Assembly: GCF_036321535.1 (NCBI RefSeq)
Contig: NC_087455.1
Coordinates: 310,001 to 374,000 of the forward strand
Source of the DNA: Camelus dromedarius
Taxonomy: Eukaryota
Direction of reading: 5' to 3'
Length of the DNA: 64,000 bases
Shown here: one piece after another, positions 26,164 through 36,000 of the stretch
Numbering within the stretch: position 1 is the first letter of the stretch
Layout of the letters: every line of letters begins with the position of its first letter
Translations under genes and position numbers: made by a program
Notes under the pieces: model-generated
Seen by the model: the letters and a program-made list of their open reading frames with translations, nothing else
The model's database searches: none
What the model was told of the DNA's origin: nothing

Positions 26164-27080
26164 GGGAGTGCGGGGCGGCAGAGGGCCCCGCTTCGCGCCG
26201 CCCCGCGTCCCCGCGCCCCAAATCCGCACCCGCCCTCCGCAAAGCCGGTGCGCATGCTCCGGCGGCCGCCCCCTCGGCCCGATTCCCGCGGGCGGAGGAC
26301 GCGCGCCCGAGGAAAGGGGGCAAGAGACAGTCGTCCCCGGGGCCGCCACCCTAATAAGCGGAGACCTCGAGCTGAGAACGCTACGGCCTCGCACCCGCTC
26401 TTCTAGAATCCAATCCTCTGCGAGGAACCCCCACGCGGCGGTAACGGCTTCAAGTTTTCCGCTCGCGGGTGTCCAACTCCGGCTCCCGCAGGCTCCTTCC
26501 TCGGCCCCTCCCCTCAGGCCCCGCCCCTCCCTTCACAGCCCCTCCCCTCACCGCCCCGCTCACCACCACGCCCCTCACAGCCCCTCCCCTCACTGCCCCT
26601 CCCCTCACTGCAGACCACTGGGCTAACGTGCCGCCCAGGGTGCAGAGACCCCTCCTCCTAGCCCCGCCCACATTCTACGGCCGGGTCTCTCGATTGTCCA
26701 CGCCCGCGGCTCCCCGGCCCCGCCCCCCCCCCGGCCACTCTAGCCTCCGCTACTCTCGTTGGTTGGCGCGGGGTCGCCGCAGGCCGGACGCGGGAGGCGG
26801 GGCGACAGCGGGAGGGCGGCGTGGTGGGTTGGTTTCTGCCTCCGCATCGCCGCTGCTTTCGGGCCGCGCATCTCAGGGTTCTCTGAGTTCCTGCGCGGTC
26901 GCCCCTTCTGGACTGGTTCCGAGGACGGCGTCTCCCAGAGCGCAGAGACTAGGCCAAGTCGGCCTTCGCGCGCTCAGCGCCTCTCTCCTCAAGGCCCTGC
27001 GCCCCAACTTGGGTTCCAGGACGCCAGAGCTCACACCCACCCAGCCTAGGCCCCGAGCCGCATTTTCCCTTCTTTTCCCG
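25930..27080. promoter_or_regulatory. Bidirectional CpG-island promoter shared by KIFC2 (-) and TMEM276 (+)
   Basis: Dense CpG and GC boxes between the divergent KIFC2 ATG (26163) and TMEM276 ATG (27292); CCAAT-type ATTG/TTGG words near 26692-26765. Confidence 0.8.
26521..26610 (+). repeat. Degenerate 15-bp tandem repeat GCCCCTCCCCTCAC(A/C/T), about 6 copies
   Basis: gcccctcccttcaca gcccctcccctcacc gccccgctcacc..gcccctcaca gcccctcccctcact gcccctcccctcact; translates as TAPPL repeats in the ORF track. Confidence 0.75.
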
Positions 27081-27291
27081 GCCGATTTACGTTCTTCCCC
27101 ACGGTTGTGTCCAGTGGCCTCAGGGCTCTGAAGAGTTTTGATTGATTTTCCAATACTTAGAAATGGGGCTCTGGAACCTGGGAGTCCTGGAGAGCCGCCC
27201 TTAGGGCTCCCAGTCGCGGCCTCTACGTTCTTTTTCTCCAAAGTTGAGGTCCCTTTCCTGTCCCCTCAAACTCACTACCGCCCCAGGTGCC

Positions 27292-28070
27292 ATGGCCCCC
27301 AGGCCATGGGGCGAGTGGAGCACCGCCCTGTCCCACCTGGCGCTGGGAGCGGTGTCTCTGCATGCTGCCGTGAGCACTGCCCAGGTGAGTACACTGGGGC
27401 TGGGCAGGAGTGTAGCCCACTCCCAAACCCCAAGAACCTTGCCTGTCCCCTGGTTCAGGGAGAGGGTGGTGGGAGGTAAGTATGGGGGCCAGGCTTCTGT
27501 GAGACCCCACCCCCCACCCCTCCCTGCTTAAAGGAACACCCTGGCCTCTTTTTCCCACATTTCCTCCCTTCCCTGTGTTGACAGGCAAGTCGAGGGGCCG
27601 CTGCTGGCTTCCTGCTCCAAGCGTTGGCCGCGGCCACCATGCTGGTTCCAGGGCTGGGCACAGATGAAGACCATCTTGCTGGAGCCTGGGTGGCTACTGT
27701 CATCGGCCTGCCCCTTCTGGCATTCGATTTCCACTGGGTGAATGGGGACCGCTCCTCTGCCAACCTGCTCCTGGGAGGAGGCATGGTGCTGGCAGTGGCT
27801 GGTGACCACCTTGGTGCCGAGGGCCGCTCTGTGGCTAGTCAGGCAGTGGTGCTGGTGGTCGCAGTGACCATCCTCATTGTGGCTGTTTTCACGACCAACA
27901 CTTACGGAATGTGGGGGGGTGTGATGCTGGGTGCTGCAGGCCTCCTGAGCCGGCTGGAGGAAGACAGACTGCTGCTGCTGCCGAAGGAGGACATCTGCTG
28001 CTGGGCCCTGGCCGCAGGCAGCTGGGCCTACCACCGGGCCCTACACACACAACGCCTGCAGTGGGAGTGA
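27292..28070 (+). CDS. TMEM276: Transmembrane protein 276 (short product of the former CYHR1 locus), 192 aa; coding exons 27292-27384, 27585-28070
   Basis: MAPRPWGEWSTALSHLALGAVSLHAAVSTAQ + ASRGAAAGFLLQ..GLPLLAFDFHWVNGDRSSANLLLGGG..HTQRLQWE. Hydrophobic multi-pass sequence matching the recalled human protein in length and ends. Confidence 0.92.
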
Positions 28071-28350
28071 CATTGGAGATAGCAAGACAGGGTTTCTGCT
28101 CTGGCTACCACGTTCGTCTCTAACGGGCCTGCTCCTGGGGCCTTCTTCCCTAGGGATGGACTCTCCTTCCTTCTGAAGCCGGCTTGCTGCAGTGACTGGT
28201 CAGGGGGGCAGAGGCTGGGCACTGTCTCCTCCTCTGGCTGAGTGTGAGGACTTGCTTAGACCAGAATGAGGGGAACAACATCCCAGGCACGTTTGGGGGC
28301 CTGATTCTGGGCAGGCCATGGTTGTGGGTCTAGAGAGATGCTCGGTCTCC

Positions 28351-28356
28351 AATAAA
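28351..28356 (+). terminator. TMEM276 poly(A) signal AATAAA
   Basis: First AATAAA after the TMEM276 stop, 280 nt downstream. Confidence 0.75.
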
Positions 28357-28939
28357 CCTTAGGGACTTAGTAGGAATATGGAATATGCCCGTTCTTGAGA
28401 GGGACTGAGGGGTCCTCCAGTAAGCTTCCTAAGGCTCCCAGGGCAGCAACTGGTTTTCCTGAGCAAAGGAAGGCATGTGCAGTGCACTACAACCAGCCCT
28501 GGGGGCCTCACCCAGTTTGGCCTGCCAGCACCTTTGTCAGGAAGGCTGCTGGACTGAGAAGACATAGGAGACCTTGCTCTCCTGGGATGTGGTGGAGCCT
28601 CGTTCTGAATATCCTTGAACGGTCTGGCAGGTGGCCCTCTGAGGCAGTGACCTTCATGGGCCAAAGGCCCGGTGAGGGAGGGAGGGCCGTACCACATCTG
28701 TTCCCAGAAATGCACTTTCCCTCCCAGGGCTGACTCTACCTCCACCCGTTTGACCTCTGACCCATGCAAAGCAAGTCCTGATTTCCTAAGACCTCACTTT
28801 TCTCAGTGAACCCCTACTCAGGTCCCAACCACAAGGTTAGGCAACGGGATTGGGCCAAGCAGGGGGTTAGATTCCGGGTCCAGAGCTCTCCCTTGGGGAA
28901 TCCCTGCGCTTGCGTCCTGTGGAAACACATCTCGTCCCG

Positions 28940-30020
28940 CATAGGAGGGAGAGGGTGGCCCGCGGGGTTTCTCGCTCCTACGAGCCAGGTCGGAATTCCG
29001 CGCGCGCAAGCCTGCATGTCGGAGGACAAAGGCGCAGACACACCCGGACGCGGGGGTCTGAGGCTGCCTTCCGTTCCTGAGGTCCCAAGGCGTGTGATCG
29101 TTGTCCGGGACTGGCGGGAAGCGCAGCGCTCACCCTAGACCCCAGAACTTCCCCGCCGGGGCGAGTGCCCCTCCACCGGTCGACTGGGGCCCCGCCCACT
29201 TTCTGCAGGGGTGGGCCTTCGCGCGCCCATTGGTTCTGGCCGCCGCGCCGTCTTGCCCGCTTGGTACTCCAATTGGCCTCGCGCAGCTCACGTGACTGGG
29301 AGAACGAGGGGGCGGCGGCGGCGGCGGCGCCGGAGCGGGGGAGCGCGCAGCGAAAACAAAGATGGCGGCTGCGCCGGGGTCGGTGGCCGCGGCGGCTGCG
29401 GGGCGACGCGCGGGCCGGACCCACTGAGGCGGCGGAGCAGGGAGCGGGGCTGCGGGGTCGCGGCGGCGGCGAGAGAGCGGCGGGAGCGCGCGGCGCCCCT
29501 AACCACCAGCCGCGGGAGCGCGCCGGCACCCGCCCGCCGGGCCGGCCGGCCGCGATGTCCGGCGCGGAGGAGGCCGGCGGGGGCGGCCCGGCCGCGGGGC
29601 CTGCCGGCGTCGTGCCGGCCGGGGCCGGGGTCGGGGCCGGGGCCGGGGCGGCCGCAGGGCCGGCGGCGGCGCTGGGCGAGGCGGCGGGGCCCGGGCTCCC
29701 AGACGAGGCGGGCCTGGCCGGAGCCCGGCAGCTGCAAGAAGCGGCCGGCGACCCCGACGCGCCGCCCAAGAAGCGGCTACGGGCGGCCGAGGCGGCCGAG
29801 GCGGCGGCGGCGGCGGCGGCGGCGGGCAGCGGGAAGCTGGAGGAGCGGCTCTACTCGGTTCTGTGCTGCACGGTCTGCCTGGACCTTCCCAAGGCCTCCG
29901 TGTACCAGGTAGGGCCGCCGGCCCGACCCCGACCCGGCCCGGCTCCAGCCCCGCCGCGGCCGGCCCCCAGGCACCGCGTCTCCTCGGAGGCCAGGCCCGA
30001 GCCCTGGGGCCCAGCGGTGC
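28940..30020 (+). promoter_or_regulatory. CpG-island promoter and first exon of ZFTRAF1
   Basis: Very dense CpG; CCAAT boxes near 29228 and 29269, E-box TCACGTGAC 29288-29296, YY1-type AAGATGGCGGC 29359-29369. Confidence 0.85.
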
Positions 30021-33000
30021 GACTCTGGTGCCTGTTCGGAAGCTCCTCATTCTCTTCTTTTCAGGACTTTCTTGTTTCTTGTTCGGAACCCTATTTTTTT
30101 CTTGTTTGACTCCCATTATTTCCTGAGATGCCTCTTCTCTTTTCAGGTCCCCTGCTGGCCCCTCCTCAGCACTCGCCAGTCCTCACGCTGACCCCAGGGA
30201 AAGCTGGTGACACATCCCCACGCTCCTCCCCACCCTCCCCACCTCCGGGCGTGCCCCCCTCATTCCTGAGCTCCTGGGCTCTAGGAGCCCTGGTCTTCCC
30301 TCTTCCTCAAGAGCTGCTTTTCTCTTCCTTGGCATACACACCTCCCAAACCTGTCCTCGTGCGCATTCTGTACCCTTTTATTCTCGGGGGCAGAAGAACC
30401 TGCTTCATCTTGCTATTTCTTTCCGGAAGAACGTTGAAAATGGAGGGAAATACCTCTTTTCCTGCCCTTTCCCTTCATTCCTGGTCTGGATGAACCATTT
30501 GCATCAAGCCCCCCAGCTTGGGTCCCTTTTCCAGCCCCAGCACAGTCCAGCTCCTTCTGGGCATGCTGGGCCTCAGGCTAGGCTCCTGTCACGTCCCACC
30601 TCACCCTGGCCAGGCCTGTCTTCCCGGGCTACCAGTGCTTCAGGAGGTCTGTCCGCTTTCCTTTTATATGAAGGTCTAGCATGGTGGCTGGACTCAGAGT
30701 CCTTAACCCACTCGGGGCCGTCGGAGGGGGGTGTTTGGTCCAGGTTGCTCTTCCGTGTGCACCATACAGCCACAGGGGCCACACTCTGGTCCCAGGGCCA
30801 GTGTGCAGTGTCCTGCCTTCTCTATTGTCTGTCTCCAGCTCAGTCCCTCCATTTCTGATAACCCTTTCCTCCAGAGCCCCTTAGAAGAATGAAACAATAC
30901 CCGATCACCTTTCTTTGCATTTATAGAAGCTGGGCATGGCTGTTGAAGCCTTGTCCCTCTCTCATACTCACATTGGCTGTGAGTGAGAGAGACCTGTTAT
31001 AAACAGCGCAGAGTTAGTCTGGATTGCCCTTTCCCCAGCCTCTGGATCTCCAGACCCTTCTCACTCTGGTGTAAGGTGGCTTGCTCAGGAGGCTTCCAGT
31101 GCACCTGGGTGATGGAGAGAGGAAGGAAGGGGCATGGGCGGAGAAGTGGGCTGAGTTCCTTGGAGAGAAGACACAGGCTCTCAACCTGCCCTCCTGTGCT
31201 TTGGGACGCTCCTGGCCAGAGGCCCTAGGTCAGGGAGGCCAGAGGCCTCCTGGCCCAGCATGATAGGGGTAGGGCTTCTCATAATGCCTTCAGCCTTATG
31301 GGTGCCCCTCAGAACTTGTCCTTTCTCTGGCTTCTTTCTTCCTTGCCCATGATCCTGCCAGGTGGAAGAAATCTTTCTTGGGCCTTGGATGAGAATCTAG
31401 GGAGCTAAGCTAGTGGTTGCAGGGTGGGTGGCATAGGGGAATTGGGGTTCTCCTCATCTCCCCTCCTGTGAGTGGATTGGAGCTGGACCTGACATGATAA
31501 CAGGCCATGTGGTGCCGGCTCTTGGGCCGCTCAGCACAGAGAGCTGTAGCTTTGCCTGTGGAGCTGTGGTGACTGGGTCTCTGAGCCTGGCTGGTTTAAA
31601 CCAGCCTGCACTGAGCTGGGAGCTGAGCTCAGACTGGAGGCAGGCGGCTGAGCAGCTGTGATGGAGAGTGAAGGCGCTGGGGCCACCTGACCCGTGGCCT
31701 CTCTCATGGCCTCGTGGGCTCTGCGTAGTGGCTTCCCTGGGAATAGGCCTGCTGAGTGAAGAGAGCCCACTGGTGCTGAGCTGTGGGTTCTGGCACCGGC
31801 CTCTGCCCTACTCGGGGCGTTGGCGAGGGGTTGCTCTCCTCTTGTTTCCAGAGGCTTGGAAAAAGCTTTAGAACGTTTGACCAGCAGGAGAGCCCTCAGT
31901 TCTGGAAGGGTTGGCTGGAGCCCTGCCATGAGGCAGAACTCACTTGGACTGCTGGAAGACCTGCCACGGGTCAGGGCCACGTGGGTTGTGGATGCTCTGC
32001 CATGCCTGTGCTGGAGCCTGGGTGTGAGGGGCCTGAGGGAGGGCTGGGGGAACAAGGGAAGGCCTCAGTGGCTCCCTGCTGCATGCAGTGTTCTGTTTCA
32101 CCATCCCTGCCACCCTGGTTGGGGACGTGAGGGCAGGGGTCGGGATGGACCTGGAGGCCCGCACCACTGCCTGGTTGCCATCAAAGCTAGGTTTGCTCCC
32201 GGGAGGATCAGGTCAAGGACGGCATGGGCTCCACTGCCGGCCATCACTCCTTGGCCTGGGCTCGGCCCCTCCACTTCTGCTGGCGTCCTCTGGTGAGTCA
32301 TGTGAACTGGTTGTCTGTGGTGGGCTGGCCTCAGGATGTGGTGTGTTTTGCTCTCTGTTCCTACTGGCAACGGTTTGCCTGACCCCACCAGGACATGCGG
32401 CTCAGGGCGGGCAGCAGCCATGCCGTGCATCTGAGGGCAGTTTCAGATGGTGCTCAGTTCTAGGGTGAGGGGAAGAGCCAGTGGCCATGCTGGGCCCTGT
32501 GTACTGTGCCTGGCACTGGGGCCGAGGGGGACAACTCTCTGGGCCTCTGGGGGTGGCTGGGTGCATAGTAGCTTGAGAGCTTGCTCTCTGGCCCCCAGAC
32601 ACCACCCTGTGCCTCCAGGGCAGCCTTCGCGGAGGTGAAGCAGACATAGCTATATGGTTGGGCTTGTTCCCCTACGCCCTAATCCGAGCCCCTGGCCCCA
32701 CGGTGTCGGCTCCCCACATGCCGTGCACATCACACCACCTGGGTTGGGAAACTGTCTCTGGGGTCAGACCAGGGCACTCATGCAAATGGTTCTTCCGGTG
32801 GCCTGCGTTAGGTCAGGCTTGGTCAGGACTACAGCAGGCACAGCAGGTGTTGGCTTTGATGTTCTCCGTGTGGGTGTTAGGTATGTCCTTGATGACTGGC
32901 CTGACAAGGTCTGCAGCCACCTTCCAGAGTCCTGGGTGGGCATGCAGCAGGCAACTAGGCAGCGGTAGGAAGGCTGGAGTTGTGGCAGGGACACTCAGAC

Positions 33001-36000
33001 AGGAGTTCAGTGCTGGAGCAGTTGGTGGGCAGCTTGTACTGGCCCCTGTTCTGAATGCAGGCAGTGTGATCTGGTTCCTCTACCTTCTTTAGGGGAGGCC
33101 CAGCCTCAGTTGATGGTGCCTGAAGTGTTGCAGCCACAGCCTGATCCCTGACACCCCTCCCAAGCTCTCTCCTAGCCCTTCACACAAGGCCCAATGTGTC
33201 TTCCGTGAGACAAGCCTGGCCTTGACCCTACTGGTGTCAGCCGAGGCCCTGAGCTGTGGTCCAGACTCTCCCACCCCGACCTAGTTCTCAGCCAGGAAAG
33301 CTCCTTGTGACACCTATCAGTGGAGGAGTAGTCAGGGGGCCTCTGTCATAGAATGTGGCACCAACTGGCCTTCCAGCCCCTCTGCCCACCGTTCCTGGGC
33401 TGAGACCTGGGCCCTGCCCCTCCAGCCCATTGATCCTGTGCCTCTTCTGCCCAGTGCCCTCTCCCTTTCCCTGCCCACTCTGTCCTCTTCCTTGTGGCAC
33501 CACTGAGGTGCTGTGGTGGTCTTCTCTCCTGGCTGCAGGATACCTGTCCCATCCTACCAGCCTGGGGCACTTGCCACTGTGCCCAGTGGGAGGATTGGGG
33601 ATGACCTGCTGTACCTCCCACCCCTAAGGTCCCTGTCCCCCAGGACTCGGCTCAGCCCGTTGGGCTGGTTACCTGATCGGCAGTCACATTGGTAAAAGGC
33701 CCAGAAAGCAGAGGAGGCCCTGGCCAATGTAGGCACATGCCTTGGGGAGCCTCCAAGCACACTTTCTTGGCATCTGTTAGCCTGCCTGGTACTGCGGGCT
33801 CCGGTCAAAGTAATGTTTAAGAAATCTCTGATGGGGCTGCCCACCCACAGGACCTGGAATCCTCTTCCCCAGCTCTGAGACTATGGCTGGCTCATGCTTT
33901 GAGATGAAAAAGGTAGCAGAAAAGAGCTTTGAAAATGTATTTGCTTAGCTATCCAAAACAAGGACAGAGAGGAGAAATTTTCTGGACTCTGGCTAGATGA
34001 GAAGTGTCTTTGTGGTGGATGTTTGTCATTTGAGTTACCTTTCAATCTGGGCAGCACTTAGGTCCTGAGCAGGAACCTGACTCTGCGGGTTTGACTGGTC
34101 CCCACCCAAGTCCTGGCCCTCCGGGTGGTGTGACATCAGAACCGCTGGCCCAGGACTTCACACTCAAAACCTGTGCAGGGTTGGAGTCCTGGCTTCACCT
34201 GAGATAGCCGTGCATCTTGGACACTGCATGGTCCCTTCTTGGTCCCTTAATGAAAGAAGGAGGTTGAGGAAACCTCAGGCTGAGCATGCAGAGTGTGGGG
34301 TGCCATGCGGCCCTCTTGGGCCTGGTGACGGGGGAACTCCCCCTGGGGTGAGGGGCACTGTTGGGGTTGGTGCCCTCAGCTGTGCTGTGAAGGGCGGGCT
34401 GCTCATGTGGGTCTGGGCGCGGAGCCTTCCTTTAGTGATAAAGAGTAGAGTATGGGAGGGGGGCAGGGTTTGAGGCATTCCAAGCCTGAAAGGCCTACTG
34501 ATTGAGGACCTGGCCCCCAGAAGCTGGGGACATTTTCTAAGAACTGCTTTTGTCCCAAGACCTGATGGCTAGGGCTCCTCTTCAGGAGTCCAGATGATTT
34601 TTTCAGCTCCCGCAGGGGAGAAGCTGGTTCAGATGGAGACTCCGGGCACGCACAGCCTGGGTGTCCATTAGCTGCCTGTGGCCAGGCAGACAGAGGGACT
34701 GCTGGGTGATGTCCTATGCGGGCAGGTACAGATGCCCATTTCTGGGCCATTTGCAGAGGGGCTTGGCTGGGGCTGGAGAACCCAAGGATAGGGGAGTGTT
34801 GTTGAAATCATAGACTTGTGCCTGGAGTTCTTTCTGAGGCTCTGCAAGCGGGGGGGATCTGCTGGGTGATTACCAGGGAGGGCAGTGGCCCTGTGCCCTC
34901 TGTGCTAGGGGCCAAGCTGCAGTGCTGCTTACATCGTCCCATCCCACCTCTTCAGCACCTAAGAAGACTGGTCCTGTCCTCGCTGCTGTTTGTGCATGAG
35001 GAAGTTGAAGCTCTGTTAGAAAGGTGACCAGCCTGAGGTCATGCTGCTGGAGACCTGTGGGTCCAGCCAGCATCTGTGCTTGGAGGGCCTGGAAGGCCCT
35101 GCAGTGTTGTCCTGGGTTGTGGAGCCCCTCTCCCTACTCCTCCCCGTCACAGGGGTCTTCCCGCAAGGCGGTGGGAAGACAGCCTGGCCTGCACAGCAGG
35201 ACCTGCTCTCAGGGGCCCAGGCTCTTGGGGGCTTGGCCCTAGCGTCTAGTAAGGCACTCGGGCCTGCCCTGGCTGGTGCTGTCCATCAGAGGCTTGGTGT
35301 GCGACTGGTGCCAGGCAGAGTTCTCTGGGGCCCAGCTTCTGGCTGGGCAAATCGGGGCAGGTACCAGGGCAGGACTGTACCATCCAGCCCGACCTCTGCA
35401 GGGATGGCCCTTACTGCCCTGGGCCAGGTCTGAATGCAGAGTTGGGTCTTGCTTGTGAGGCCAGGGGGCCTGGCTGGTGGGGAAGGCTACTGAGTATGGT
35501 GACTATCTACTATGGACAGATCACCTGGGCTGGGTGTCTGCTGGGGCCAAGGCAGCCACCTGGTGACCACCCAGAGAGCGTCCCTTGCAGGGCTGGTAAG
35601 GGTGAGCTGCATGTGGACGTTAGCTGGTCCCTCTGCCAGACTGGCAGCACTTGGGGCATCTTGCTTGTTCACCACGTTCCGACGCAGAGCTGAGCTGCTG
35701 GGGCTGAAGGGGCAGTGACCCTGCCTCTCCCCGGAGTGCAGGGGAGGGCAGGTGCCATACTACCTGAGCCTTTGTTGGGTCTGGAGGCTCCTAGAAGCTC
35801 GGTGGGGCCTGGCCCAGGAGCTTGGGTGTCCCTGCAGCCCCCAGGCTCTAAGGAGAGGCCTGGCAGGAGGGGTACCCAGTCCACTCCAGAGCAGTGGGCT
35901 TTCAGGGCAGTGCTGGGAGGTCAGCAGTCACACATTTGGCTGCCTCTGAGTCCCCTCAGGAGGTCCCTGGACTCCATCCCAAGTCTCCCTCCCTCAGGCC

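Noticed and set aside
29165-29554. Open in-frame extension upstream of the ZFTRAF1 ATG, and likewise upstream of the KIFC2 ATG
   Set aside because: Starts at a non-ATG codon probably upstream of the TSS; stop codons are rare in CpG islands, so openness is uninformative.
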